Counted from the first letter of the whole stretch, positions 26,652 through 40,245 are shown. The stretch is 59,292 nucleotides of DNA, filler included, from Dugesia japonica (GCA_001938525.1; 5 parts of 5 records of this genome joined end to end with filler, not necessarily neighbours in it), one strand, 5' to 3'. Notes: generated by a model not told the origin, from the letters alone. Numbers and translations: made by a program.

Positions 26652-28005
26652 TATATAATGAGTTGGTAATATTCAATTTAATTTTCAACTAAGTGTAAAT
26701 TGTGCTATTAACTCTCTTCATCTAAGTTATAATTGTTTATTAATTTTGTCATCAAAATTAGTCATTAAATTATATATACAATATATATCTTATTTAATTT
26801 TATACACACATGACCTGCAAATACAATAGATTTACAAGTGACTATTTCGAACTTAAAATATTTTATTACTAAAATTAGCGCCATATATTTACAATGACTT
26901 ATATCCTTGTGATAATAAGTAATCCGCAAAGTAGGCGATCCAAATTCTAAAAGTAATCGTAAAATCAAAATTCAAAGTTTAATTTATATAAATTTCGAAA
27001 CGTTCGAGATTGAATTATTACAGTTATGAAAATTTAAAAAGATTTGTTTTAATAATACATATAAATTTTAATTTTAGTATTTGATTATTATTATTCGATT
27101 ATGAAGATGTAACTATTACAATTACCATTTGACTAATTATTCAATCATTTTCTTTACACCAGGCTTCGAAAATAAATTAATATTTAAAATAAAGTTACTG
27201 CATCTTAATATTACTTTATATATTAATAGATAAACTNGTTATTTTTATTTTATTAAAATAAATATTGTTTATATGACGTAAGTAATTAATATTATTAAAT
27301 ATATATAATTTTATTTATTGATTGATTTACAACCACCGAATAAAATCATAAAAAGGTATTTATTAATTTATAAATCTTAGCTGAGTTTAAATCAATGAAT
27401 AATATATTATTAAAAATTACTTTGACTCCTCTAAATCGTAGCTGTTATATTAAATGAGCCGTGGCTTAGTTTCTTATGGTTCTTTTTTCGAAAACATTAA
27501 AGCGTTTCTTAATTAGCGGTTTGTGGGAATTTTATATTAGTGTATAAAAATATTTAAATTAGTGCGCAATCTTTTTATCAAATAAAAAGTTTAACAGTGA
27601 TAAAAATATTTTAAAATTGAAGACTACAAAACGAGTTTCCAAAGTAATTTTCAAATACACATTTAAAGTGGATTCTTCCTATATTATTATCTAGCGTACT
27701 GGATCGGTTGTTAGCTAATTTGTACAACCTTTAGTGTAATGTATAAAAATAATAAAAACAGCGATTTAAATTAGAGACTATTCGCAAATCTTTGTCTGCC
27801 AAATTTAATTCTGAAATTTTATAGGTTCGTAGAGAAAAAAAGTTCCTAAAAGACGAAATCATGTTTAATGAGACAGTTATAATTTTTTACGTGAAATTTT
27901 TAAAATGTATTGATTAATATTTTAAAAATTTTAACAATTACAGTAAAGAGACTCGACATTAATATTAATAATTTATTTAAGAATAATATATTTTGTATTA
28001 TTTAA

Positions 28006-29200
28006 TCAAAATTGACTGTTTAAATAATCACTATTGATTCTAACTTCTTTCACCATTGAAATTGAAACTCGTTTTAGCCATTCAACTCGTCTTGATTTTG
28101 GTTTACCTGGAAAATTCAGAAAAACTTGACGGGGACTTAAGAACTTAAAAATCGTATACGGACCTTCATATCTGTCTCCAAGTTTATGCATATTATGAGG
28201 TTCTTTTTTTACAAGAACCTTTTCACCAACTAAAAATTTCCTTTGACCTCTTGTATCTGATTCGTAACTTTGTAATTTCTCCGCAGCTCGTTTCAGTTCT
28301 CCTTTTGTTTCATTAACTACTTGTTCATGACTAGCAGGTGTATGTCTCAACAATCTATGTAATAGCACTTTTTGTCCATACAGAACTTCAAATGGAGATC
28401 TCTTTATAGCGCTTTGATATGGTGCATTAATGGAAAATTCAATCTTTGGAAAGTATTTATCTTAAGTAAAACTGTTCTTATTGAAGTGATTAACTTATCT
28501 TTGACTGTTCTAATGGCTCGCTCTGCTAAACCGTTGGCTTGATGTTGGTAAGGTGATGTAAATTCTTGTGTAATTACAAATCTTCCACACAACTTATTCT
28601 ACCTACAAAAACTCTTCCCCNNNNNNNNNNNNNNNNNNNNNNNNNNNNNNNNNNNNNNNNNNNNNNNNNNNNNNNNNNNNNTGATATTGCTGTTTCATCT
28701 GGTTTACTAAGAGGTATAAGTCGGACTAGTTTGCTAAATCTATCAATAATAACAAGGAAGTACTTTTTTTTAGACTTATTCTCAGAAAAATGGGCCACAT
28801 TTATTACAATTTGTTCTAATGGCACAAATTCCTCTTTAGTTAATAATAATTCTTTTTTCGACCAGTGTAGACCTTTCCTTTAGCACATATTTCACATTTT
28901 TGAATTTCGTACTCGATTTTTCTCCCCTTATCAGGTCAAAAGTATGTTTCTCGAATATATTCCACTAACTCTTTGCTTCCCAAATGACATAGTTCTTCGC
29001 GCAAGAATTTAACTAATTTTGGTGAGGAATTTTATTGTATAACGATTAGTTTCTTCTCTTCATCATCTTTAATTACAATATTCCCAAATAATTTGAATTT
29101 ATCTAAACTTTTAAAATATTTGCTTTTCTTTAAGTCAGTAGTAACATTATTATCCAAGCCTTGTAACCATCGTGATATTGACCTTAGTATTCCACATTGT
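28006..29200 (-). pseudogene. Gypsy integrase fragment (second family)
   Basis: YFLVIIDRFSK; TSPYQHQANGLAERAIRTVK; KLGDRYEGPY. Confidence 0.85.
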
Positions 29201-29212
29201 TTTAAAAAAGTA

Positions 29213-29245
29213 AATTCCTGACGAAGACAGTCGAAAATTAGAATT
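29213..29245 (+). ncRNA. Minimal hammerhead-like motif in Penelope pLTR
   Basis: AATTC-CTGACGA-A-GACAGTC-GAAA-ATT-A-GAATT: 5-bp stem I, palindromic stem III. Confidence 0.6.
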
Positions 29246-29272
29246 ATTATCAAAAAACAAAAAAAATTTGAT

Positions 29273-29372
29273 NNNNNNNNNNNNNNNNNNNNNNNNNNNN
29301 NNNNNNNNNNNNNNNNTTAATTAATTAANNNNNNNNNNNNNNNNNNNNNNNNNNNNNNNNNNNNNNNNNNNN
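29273..29372. other. Artificial contig spacer
   Basis: N44-TTAATTAATTAA-N44. Confidence 0.95.
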
Positions 29373-29660
29373 ATATTGTGGCACAATTATTCGAATATTG
29401 TGACACAATTATTCGAATATTGTGGCACAATTAATCGAATATTGTGACACAATTATTCGAATATTGTGGCACAATTAATCGAATATTGTTGCACAATTAT
29501 TCGAATATTGTGGCACAATTATTCGAATATTGTGGCACAATTAATCGAATATTGTTGCACAATTATTCGAATATTGTGACACAATTATTCGAATATTGTT
29601 GCACAATTATTCGAATATTGTGACACAATTATTCGAATATTGTGGCACAATTAATCGAAT
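29373..29660. repeat. 22-bp tandem satellite (atattgtggcacaattattcga), ~13 copies
   Basis: Directly visible; unit is quasi-palindromic. Confidence 0.95.
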
Positions 29661-29820
29661 GATGAATAGTTTTAAAATTGATGAATATTTGAATATTAAA
29701 ATTGGGAGCTCTAATCAATATATTATAATATAAATGTGATTGATATTTTATTAACTATAATTAACTATATTTAAAATTTTTTTTTAAATGTTGATTTGAT
29801 TGTATTAATTGTGAATATAG

Positions 29821-30388
29821 AGATCGAGTACCATTTGTACTTACACAAGACATGGTGCATGTACTAGAGGATTATCAACCACAGCCCGATGATCGTCGTA
29901 CAGGCATGCAATTGCTGATAGATAAATGTTGTGAAGCCTATAATATTATTCGTAAACATTGGACTTCATTAATTTCAATTTTATCAATGGTAAATTAAAT
30001 GTTATATTCCTCTTAGTGTTGAACATTTAAAAGGCTGAAGCAGCAAATATTCCTGGTGTAAACAGTACTACTATTCAATATGTGATAAAAATGTTACGTT
30101 TGGATCTTTCTGACCTTCAAGCTAGTGAGGAATTCACCAAGTAAATCTAATTTATAAATAATCTCTTTTTATCAAATCAAAAAGTAATTGCATTTATTAT
30201 AAATACGTTTTTAATATATTTCATTATTAAATATTTCGACAGTATTAAAAATGTTCTCTTTACTATTAATATTTTAATCATTTTAAAATTATTTTTTAAA
30301 AAAGGTTTAAGTATTTTCTTTCTTGTATTAATTTTTTATAAATAAATTTTTAACAAATCTACTGGGAAACCCATTTAAATATCAGTAC

Positions 30389-30443
<55 letters not shown>

Positions 30444-31139
30444 NNNNNNNNNNNNNNNNNNNNNNNNNNNNNNNNNNNNNNNNNNNNNNNNNNATAATAA
30501 TAATAATGATAAATTTTTTGGTCATAGTTTAATCAGGAAATCAGTTAATTCATTATCAACTCCAATGAATTTTTTTATTCACAACCTAGCTCAAATGAAA
30601 TACTCTTCAAATAATGAAGGCTCTCTATTCACTTTCACTCCAAAGATTTTCAGGTAAATTTATTTAAATCACTTTAGTGATTTGTAATATTGATTTTAAG
30701 AAATGGGCCTCGTATTATTAGCATTTACATTAAAAATGTTAAAAAGGTCAGAATTCCTAACAAATATTACGTAATAATATTGCGTTTTTTTAAAAAAATT
30801 TTTCAATGATTTTATAGACCTATGAAATTTGGGTCCAGAAAGAAAATTCACAGAAATATGAAAAAATTTTCCGAAAATATGAATATTTCATAGAATTAGC
30901 TCAGCAATTATCTAATTTATTTCCTCTTAGTCAGTTACCAAAATTAGGTCAAAACATCATTCAGCAAGGACCACCTAATAATGTTGTTGCAGCTGAAAGT
31001 CGAAAAGTTATTCTTAATCAATACATTTCACAGATTTTAGTAATGGAAGATGAAATATCTCAGTGTGATTTGATGCAAACATTTTTCAATTCAATTCTTT
31101 CCGATGAACAATTCCTCGAGGAGGATTCATTATTATTTA
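29821..31139 (+). CDS. PIK3C2: Class II phosphoinositide 3-kinase, partial (kinase C-lobe + PX domain); exons 29821-29989, 30034-30140, 30528-30653, 30701-30770, 30818-31139
   Basis: Spliced translation DRVPFVLTQDM...CCEAYNIIRK...NFFIHNLAQMK...PX (IFRKYEYFIEL...FP...LP...RKVILNQY...CDLMQTFF); GT-AG introns keep the frame. Confidence 0.9.
30390..30507. repeat. (AAT)n microsatellite in PIK3C2 intron
   Basis: Directly visible; spans an N gap. Confidence 0.95.
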
Positions 31140-31452
31140 GTTAGTCTTATTTATACATTTGGATTTAACTTCGAAATTAAGTGAACTAATTGCTCAATTG
31201 ATCATCGATTTAGAATAGATTTATGTGAATATTATTGATTCTTTNNNNNNNNNNNNNNNNNNNNNNNNNNNNNNNNNNNNNNNNNNNNNNNNNNAAAAAA
31301 TAATTAAAAAATTGTACAGAAATTTTTACTGCCATCAAAATTTTGTACAACGTCGATTGCTAAATAAAGTCAAACAGCTTAAATAAATTAACTCACAAAA
31401 AAATTGTTTAAAACTCAAAATTTTTTTTCATCTTTGTATTTATTCTATAAGC

Positions 31453-31764
31453 CAGTGGTTCCCAATTTTCTGTTGGTTCACGGCGATCCTAATATAAGAA
31501 AATTTTTCCACTGTTCCCCAAATCAAAATGTTGATTTATTATCATGCAAGTTTTTGATTTATGGATTAATTATATCTTTCCCAGTTATTCATTTTTGTTT
31601 ATATCTTGGTATCAACAGATTGCGAATATAAGTTAATGGATTTTTATTTGTCCTTTGGATTTGTTATTTTTATATAAGATGTCTAATATGGACCAATTCT
31701 CGCGGTACCACTATCACACAACTGAGGTGCCCTAGGGTACCGCGGCGCAGTTTAGTAACTACTG
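31453..31764. mobile_element. Possible hAT-type MITE
   Basis: Imperfect ends cagtggttcccaa / cagtagttactaa; no TSD recognised. Confidence 0.35.
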
Positions 31765-32660
31765 CAAACGATTAACCACTGTAGTTATAAATTAAATATT
31801 AATAATTGAAAGTATTGATAATCCAAAAGTTGAGTTTGAATAATGGAAATTATCTTGAAATAGTTTAATACTTCTACGAAAATTGGGATCAAGTAGACTC
31901 CAGATGTTTTTCGCATTGCAATCCCGTGTTTTTAATTAAAATTCTTAAAACTGTTTTAATGATCATTCAATTGCAATTAAATTATGAATATTTATTTCTT
32001 CCCTGGGTCCAAATGACCCAAAATATGGTGCGTCTTCATTTGCTGCGTCTTCATTTGCTGCGTCTTCATCGCTCATGTTACTCACTGCATTATAATGAGC
32101 TTGTTTTTTATCTTCTTCATAAGACAGAAATATTTAGAATACAACTTTCTCTTATGCAATGATAATAAATAAATGTTGCAAGTTTCACATAAACTGAATA
32201 GAGAAGCCATTATGAACAATTAGAAACTTGCTTTTACTGTAAATTACATGAAATGCGCCACGCGAGTTTTATCACATATAATTTATCAAGTTTTCTAGTG
32301 ACAGTTTGGAATAAACATTATTTACTTCGTTAATAGTGAGATTCAATAGTAAAGTTCAATAATTTACATCATAAATTATTACCTCCTTTCTAATATGTGA
32401 TTTAAATTTTCTACTAATTGTATTAGAATATAAACCGAATTTTAGGGTAGAGGTTTGTAATTTTTCATTTCATTTGGAATTTCGATGCTTGTCTGTTAGA
32501 CGACCCCCAAAAAATTTTTAAACAATTTAAAAATAAATATATTTTTAAAAATTTTTTAAACTTAAAAATTATGTTTTTAACCATTGATCTGTCAATAAAT
32601 AAATTCGTTTTAAACCAAAAATTTTTAACAAGCAAAGATCAAAGTTGGTGTTCTTTTATT

Positions 32661-32695
32661 TTCAAAATTTCGGCATAGCCTTCTTCTTCAGGAAC
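32661..32695 (-). ncRNA. Hammerhead-like motif (degenerate)
   Basis: TTC-CTGAAGA-AGAA-GGC TAT GCC-GAAA-TTT-T-GAA. Confidence 0.4.
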
Positions 32696-34559
32696 TAATG
32701 TTCAGTAAATTTTTATTGCAAATTTTGAAGACATGTTAAATAAATCTGAGTGAAATCAATTTTCATTGGTTTTTAATTGTAATATAATATTAAATGAATA
32801 TTTTCTCAGTTAAATGCTGCAAAGCATTATGATATTGCTTTATCATAATGCTTTACAGCAATTAACCGAGAAAATGTTCATTTAATTCTATATTAAAATT
32901 AAAATCCAATGAAATCTGTCATTATCTCAAAATTTGTAATAAGAATTTACTGAACAGTCGTTTATCTTGTCGTTTATTACTATTATCATTTTTATTATTA
33001 TTCTTTTAATATTTTTATTNAAGAAAGTACTAATAATATAATTTCACCAATTTTAATAAATAATCATTCAAAAATTTATGCTGTAAAGCTGCAACACCTA
33101 ATTTTACATTTCTTTTGTTTAAATAAATATCAACATAATTCTTTTCGTTAAAACAATGTAGTTGAATTATATTTCTGTTTCAAGAGAAAAATAAATTAAT
33201 CAATTGCTTTTATTTAAAATATTATTAATAAATTTTATTAATCGATTTTTCAACCGAAAAACCTTTCTAATGTTTGTAACAAATACGATTGTATTATCAA
33301 TTATTTTCAATTTTTTTATCAAAATAGAAATTTCAAATATATGAGAAATAATAATTGGAACATCGACTAATTTTCTGATATTTATCTTTTTTTCTGAGTT
33401 TTAACATGTTTTAATATTGTTAGAGGTTTGTAAGAACTGTTTGTTAAATCATTTGAAATTGTCTTTCATGGAATATTGAAATCATGACTCTCTAAACTAA
33501 TTAAAATTTTATTGGACTTTAATATAGTTAAAATAATTATCTCTGATCTCGTAAATTGTAACTGCACTATAATTGATTTGTGATTTTGTAATATATATTT
33601 AATAGTTCTAACATATTTTATAAAGTAGTAATAACTAATTTGTGACAATTATCTGATTTATGTGGTTATTAAGCCATATAATAAAAATGATAACAAATGT
33701 ATAATAAAGGACCCAAAAATCCAAGATTGTCCAAAAAATTNTACCAAAAATATCATAAAAGCTATCGATGACAAAATATTTCTTTCCATTTTTTGTAAAA
33801 TGATCAGTTATTATTACCTTAATCTGTGGTTTGTTGTTCATATTGAGATATCTTCAAGTTAATTACTTTACTTTTATAATTGAAAATTTTTCGTTGGCCT
33901 CATCATAACTTAATTTGTCTTAAAGCAACATTTTAAGTTTAGAAATTAGAAATGAAATTTAATACAAACAAAATTCAATCATTGAATTTGATTGTATTGG
34001 ATCAAACGAAATAAGCTTTCCATAAAACTAGTGTTAAATTGTTAAACTTGATTGTCTAATACGTTTTCGAAATATGCGATTTCCACAATATTTTCTTATC
34101 TTGTGCACGTCTCTAAAACCCACACTCTTATTGGATTCCTTTGTAAAATATCATTAATAAATGATGGTATGCTATTATTTAGTACTTGTAATTGAGAATC
34201 GTATTAAGTTGTTTTCTTTTCCAATATTCATATATTTATAATTAAATGGTTAATTTTCCTGTACTATCAATTATTACGAAAAGAATTTCAAAGAGACCAA
34301 AGTACATACTCCAACTCTGTTCCGAGCTCCGATTAAAGTTTTGATAAAAATGCAATACATTTATTTACCATTTTATATTGAATACATACATAAATAATAC
34401 ACTTGTTTATTTATAATATGTTTATTTAATATATAGTATAATATGTATAAAAAACAGACATGATGTACTGTAGCAAATATACAATATAGAATATGTATAT
34501 ATATATATATATATATATAAATCTCCTCTCATCACTTTATTGTTTTGTCAACGCATATT

Positions 34560-35600
34560 TTCAAATTGATGTCTATTCTGGTGTAGACACTTCTGTGAGC
34601 ATGAAGCAATAAAATCACTAACAAATCAAAATATACGTTTGATATTTGTGCGTATTTTCGTTCAATGGCTGCTCTCAGTTAAGTGGCCATTGTAAATTTC
34701 ATAGAGTAAACAACGTCTTTTAAATAACCACATACAAGGTTTAATGATGTTAGATCTGGTGAATGCACAAGGTATTCTATAAAACCCCTTAGACTAATAC
34801 ACCTATTTAAGAAGATCTTATCAATGTAGAATTTAATACTGTGATGGTAGTTTGAGTGCCCAATCTTACTGAAAAGAAAACTCCACATCTGCGAAGGTTT
34901 TTTTAATATATCGCATGATACACTGTCGCAATATGTTTAAATAAATGGTACCAGTCACCATAACATCAAAAAAGAATGCCCCAATTAACCGTCTTTATAA
35001 TAAGCTACAACAGACTGTAACTCCTTTGTGTAGGTCAATTAAAATGATATTACACTGTGAAATGCAGATTATCAGATCCTTAGTAAGTGAACTTGTGGTC
35101 ATTAATTGAATCATTTAATTTAGATGTAGCTTCATCACTCCAAATAATCATTTTCCTGCACAGACTTTCGGTTCTGCACATAGTGACAAGTACTACTTAA
35201 TATGCTTCACTTTTTTCTATGGATCAACATCAATAATAGCATAGATTTATCTTGTATTATAACTTCTATTGACAGCGCTTCAAATCAAGTTGAGCAGGCG
35301 TTTCTCAGACACCTGCCGCACAACTATTGTCGAGTTTCTAGATGTCCGTTGTCTTCCAGAACGCTGACTGTAGGCATTCTGAACAGTTCTTTTGGCTTCA
35401 AACTTAATTCTGATTAATATTAATTTAATTCTCGTTGTGGAGCCTCTTTAAAACTACCTCCTTAACAGTTTTTGCACTTTAATTGTATTTTATACTTATA
35501 GTAGCTATTTTAGAATGAATTCCCTATGTTCGAAACTTACTTTCTCTTGCAATATTATTTCAAATGTATTTAATCTGGAAAAAACATCTATTGATCCGGT
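34560..35600 (-). pseudogene. Tc1/mariner-superfamily transposase remnant
   Basis: IIWSDEATSKLN and HSPDLTSLNLVCGYLKDVVY (RSPDLxPLDFFLWGYLK-like). Confidence 0.75.
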
Positions 35601-35879
35601 GTAATTTAGTTTATAAACTTGTGATATTAAATTTGATATTAACCTTCAAATTGAATAAATCAATCACAACTCCTAAAGAAGATAAAATCAAAAATTTTGT
35701 ACTTTAATAAAAAATTTTAAAAAAAACATTTTTTTGAAACTTTTTTGATCTACGCTTTAGTTTATTTTCGTAATTTTGAAAATNNNNNNNNNNNNNNNNN
35801 NNNNNNNNNNNNNNNNNNNNNNNNNNNNNNNNNNNNNNNNNNNNNNNNNNNNNNNNNNNNNNNNNNNNNNNNNNTTCAG

Positions 35880-36011
35880 TACTAAGTTTCAATCAGTTCT
35901 TTTCAATGATAATTATTTATAAATAGCAGAGTTATAGTAGTAAAATAATGATGTCCCAAAATATTAGTTCTGATTTGGAAAATGAATTACCAATTGAAGA
36001 TTTACCTAACA
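35880..36011 (+). repeat. LTR fragment of the 20.4-24.8 kb Gypsy family
   Basis: atgatgtcccaaaatatt...gaagatttacctaaca matches the LTR 3' end; no PBS follows. Confidence 0.7.
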
Positions 36012-36029
36012 AGGATATTTAAATTAAAT

Positions 36030-37179
36030 TATTAGGTGTTCCAAAAGTTTTGTTACTGCTGCGTAAAAATACAAAAAGATGTTATTGAATTGAAAAGCAA
36101 TAACAATTATTCAAAGTACAGTCCATCATTATTCATCACTTCCTGACATCGGTCTGCAAGTTTCCGAATCTATTCAAAGCACCAATCTGGCTTGTTTGAA
36201 TGAAAAAACTTTTCGCACGTCTCTTCGTTTAAATCGACTACCATCCAAAAAGACCGCAGTTAGATGGTGCAACGTCTGGGCTGTATGGTGGATGTTGTAA
36301 AACTTAAACATCGTTTAGCTTTTCAAATTTCTCTTTAGTCTTCTTGATAGTGTCTGGCTTGGTGTTGTCCTAGTGAAACTTAAGTTGGATACTTCGCAAC
36401 ACGGTAGTAGAGTTTAGCATAAATAACACGACAATCCGGAACTAGTTTGAAATGATAAACGACTTCAAAGTTTTACCAAACACAAATAATGACCTTTTAA
36501 AATCGATTTTTAAGCAAAATTGATGGCATTGTCTGGCCTTGTGGCACCCAGTACTTAATTCGATTGACCAAAAAGACCTTCTTTTCGTCGGAGGGCACAG
36601 TTCGTTACAAAATCGGTCGTCCTATAGAAGTATAGGTTGATCACAAATTTCTACTATTTTGACTGCTTTTGCTTCAGTTCGTTCGTGATTAGCCAGCTCC
36701 AAGGTTATATTTCAAATTGATGGTGCTTGATGATAGTTCAGCTTCTAAAACAGCTTGCACTTCTTCATTGTCTAACTTTGAAAGTCGATTGGATCAAAAC
36801 TAATCTTTAATACTCATATTGTTTGATACAAATCGTTTGTACCACCTTGAGACCGTTATATGACATACAGTTCCTTTGCCTTCTGTATAACATATCTACC
36901 TTGAACCATTTCTTGTTGAAAGTCAGTGCTTCTAAAAATATCTGATCAAAATTTGAAGCTCAATTTTAGCATTTTCCGTCTTTACTTTACTTGTTAATAA
37001 TTTTTTAATAAAGTATTATATTATACTTCTAATCTTTGCTACGATTATTTTTCGATTAATTAACGATTAAGATTAATGCCTATAAAGTATTTAAACACAA
37101 TTACATTTTAAACAAGATATAATAATACATATAAATTGAATTTTTGCAGTTTTAATGGAATCTTAGGGACAATCTAATA
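36030..37179 (-). mobile_element. Mariner element, decayed
   Basis: Ends tattagg.../...ctaata; WYKRF, DEK, H*DNTKP and HPPYSPDVAPS motifs. Confidence 0.8.
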
Positions 37180-37199
37180 ATAAATTTACTCTTTGACTT

Positions 37200-37896
37200 T
37201 CCAGGATAAAATTGTAGTAGATTATTTTTCATTTTATACCTTTTATCGTTAAATAAAATTTTAATGCAGAAAATAATCTCGACCCTAGATTGATGGCTTT
37301 AATCGCTGGTTTTACTTTAAACCTGTTGTAGCCTCCATAGTATTGCAAACATTCTGATTTGGTGTTCCATTTTGACAACTTGTTAATTAAAGTTTTCTTA
37401 TATAAGACCGATGATATATTTTGGTTTTTCAAACAAATTTTCCCTTCTTCTCATTCTACTTTGCTCAGTTTATTCTGTAGACCTTGCAATCGTAACATAG
37501 CATTAAAAATGTTTGACGTGTATAAAAAAATTCACCAGATTTTCCTTAAAGTTTTTTTGCAATTTCATTATTTAATTCATCCCGGATTATCACATAAGAG
37601 TATAGTGGCCAAATCTCTTTAATTGAATTTTGGAATTATTTTCAATATCCATTTTGGCTATGTAAGACTACTATCTCTAAATATTTTGTAAAAGTGTGAT
37701 GAATCTCGCGGGCCGGAAAAAGTGTTCGCCGTGTGTTGGCCATCTATAGTTAAGAATATGTAATTTTCCAAAATTCTTTAAAGTGGCGCAATTTTTATGA
37801 AAACATTTGTTTTATTCAAAACTTTGTTAAGTAAACTTAATCTATTATTTGAGGCTAAAAATTCAAAAATGCGCTCGCCGGGAGTGAAAGGGTTAA
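37200..37896 (-). mobile_element. piggyBac-like terminus and possible transposase debris
   Basis: TTAA-CCCTTTCACTCCCGG end at 37892-37896; only weak protein similarity internally. Confidence 0.45.
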
Positions 37897-38549
37897 TAAT
37901 TAAATTTTGATTAAAATAAAAATGAGTCATAGAACATTACAAAATTTCTATTTTCCGACTCCGCTCTTGCTCTGGGAACAAATCCTTAGCTTTACTGTTC
38001 CGAGCTCCACTCCTACACTCTGTTTATGAATTAGTGCCATTAATTACTTATTTTAAGATAAACAGCTTTTTAGTTATTTTAATTATTTTAAATCTTTATA
38101 TTTATATAATACTAAAAATAATATTAAGATGACCATTTGTCCCCAGTTGAACATGCGAAAATTTCTAAAAAATTTTATTACTCCTATCTATATTTGGTTT
38201 AAATTATTTCCATCACAACATGAGATGAAATTTATTTCAATAAATATCTTCAGCTAAATATTGTCTTTTAATCAAAGGTTTGTATTAATTTGAAAATTTT
38301 TTTAAAATTTTATTTAAATATTATATGTTTCAATTATTTTTATGGTTTGTATTACATAAAATATTTGTTTTTATGGTTTGAGTTACCTGTTTCTATATTA
38401 ATCAAATTATTTCCAAACTTTATTACATAATTTATTCAGTATGTATTTCTATTAGTGTTTGAATGACATAATTTACATTTTTATTATTAAATATTTCATT
38501 TTTACGATCTTTTACTAAGTTTCTTTTATTTTTTTATTTTTTTTATAGA

Positions 38550-38970
38550 TATTCTATTTACCAATAAAGATTTCAAAATATAATCGTAAGACGCGTTACT
38601 ACAAAAGGTGAAGCCACCTTTTCATTGACTACTTTAAATCCCAATGTGATCTCTTATTCGTTTTAGAAATTTTCATACGGTATAATTCTTTATAGTCAGA
38701 ATTTAATGCTTGGCAAGGAACAAGAGTTTTCAGTAATTTTATCAGTTATACTGGATATTCTTTTGCTGATTTTACATCACCAGAAAAAATGTCGCCATTT
38801 AAATGAATGATATCTGCATTGTGTCTTAAAGTTTTTTTTCTCTTGTTTTCGCTAAATTCTGTAGTGGATGATGTTTGCTGCTTTTTTTAGAAAGCTAAAA
38901 ATTTTAAACGCTTTCCGTCTTATCGAATTATAATATCCGTGTGTTTTTTTACTATTGTCCGCCATCCATG
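38550..38970 (-). pseudogene. pogo/Tigger transposase remnant
   Basis: GFK... TFCSNASYDYILKSLLVNR resembles GFKxxKDRxTxxxCxNAxGDxxLKPLLI. Confidence 0.5.
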
Positions 38971-39298
38971 TTTATATAGCTTTTTTTACCACTTCTATTA
39001 AATAATATTTGTTTACATGTATAATAGTTTGCATTGAAAGTAGTTCTGTCAGATGTCTTTATTAATATTTATAAAAAATGTTACTTTTTAATGAAATTTG
39101 GCTAATATCCAGTGAAAATTACAATAAATACTACCAATATTTATATTTCAATTTACACATTACCATAACTTCAATTAGGAAAAATCTAATAACATTTACA
39201 TTCATACGCAAAAAATTCTAGACTACTGATTTTTAATTGACTTTTCAACAGTATCTATATATAAAGTTCAAGTTCTATCTTCTGACTACTTTCATAAC

Positions 39299-39335
<37 letters not shown>

Positions 39336-39407
39336 AAACATATCAAACAAATTGCTTCGATCTATATACAATAAGAAAACGAAATTTCTTTAAAAAACAC
39401 CTATTTT

Positions 39408-39447
39408 TAATACATGTTTCGGACAAATCTATGTCCATCATCAGTTA
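39408..39447 (-). ncRNA. Minimal type I hammerhead ribozyme
   Basis: TAA-CTGATGA-T-GGACA TAGATT TGTCC-GAA-ACATGT-A-TTA: complete core, 5-bp stem II, palindromic stem III, GUA cleavage triplet. Confidence 0.75.
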
Positions 39448-39474
39448 CTGTGGTAAAATAAGAAGGAAATTGTT

Positions 39475-39574
39475 NNNNNNNNNNNNNNNNNNNNNNNNNN
39501 NNNNNNNNNNNNNNNNNNTTAATTAATTAANNNNNNNNNNNNNNNNNNNNNNNNNNNNNNNNNNNNNNNNNNNN
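39475..39574. other. Artificial contig spacer
   Basis: N44-TTAATTAATTAA-N44. Confidence 0.95.
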
Positions 39575-39590
39575 ACAATTTGATCTTGTA

Positions 39591-40245
39591 TTATTTTTTT
39601 ATATTTGTTAGTTGATTTAATGTTTTTCTCAATTGATCCAATTGTTGTTGAAGGTTTCCTTGAATGTTTAATTCACTATTGACTGGTTCACTGCTTTTAG
39701 GAGTTGGCTCACTGGTATTGATTAATAATTGATTTTTTAAATCATTAATTATATCTTTTGAAGTTTTAATTTCTTCATTCGTTAATTCATCATCTTCTAA
39801 AGCTTTTACATGAAAAAGGAATAATTTATTTTTAGTCTCTTCCAATAGTTTAATTTTTATTGAAGATTTAATTATTCTTTTTTTTAACTAAACTAATACG
39901 TAATTAACCATGAGCTATTGAATAAATTATTGGTATCCCAGTTATTATTCCAGTTGCTATTAATGGAACTGTAAAAGATAAAGTAGACATTAAAATTATA
40001 CATCCAGAAGCCATTCCCACTATTGTAGATATTCCCACATCACTAAATCTTATTCCATTATCAAATTTTGACCATATTTTTAATAATTTATTATCTTTTA
40101 ATTTATCATTAACCCATTCCAAATCACTTTCAAAATCTCTAATTCTTGTTGCGTTTAATTTGTTTTTTAAATCTTGTATGGTTAACGATCCATAATCTGG
40201 AGCAATGTCTGAAGACAAATCAGGATAAAGTTTTTCACTAGACAT
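39591..40245 (-). pseudogene. GasderminX-like membrane protein (split by stop and frameshift)
   Basis: N-terminal LYPDL, central two-helix hydrophobic stretch, C-terminal KALEDDELTNEEI; pattern recalled for this adintovirus gene family. Confidence 0.6.

Noticed and set aside
29373-29660. CRISPR array
   Set aside because: Contiguous 22-bp units with no unique spacers, no cas genes, eukaryotic context
32200-32335. C2-domain exon of PIK3C2 (LVTVWNK)
   Set aside because: Only a short motif; no convincing splice sites or linking exons
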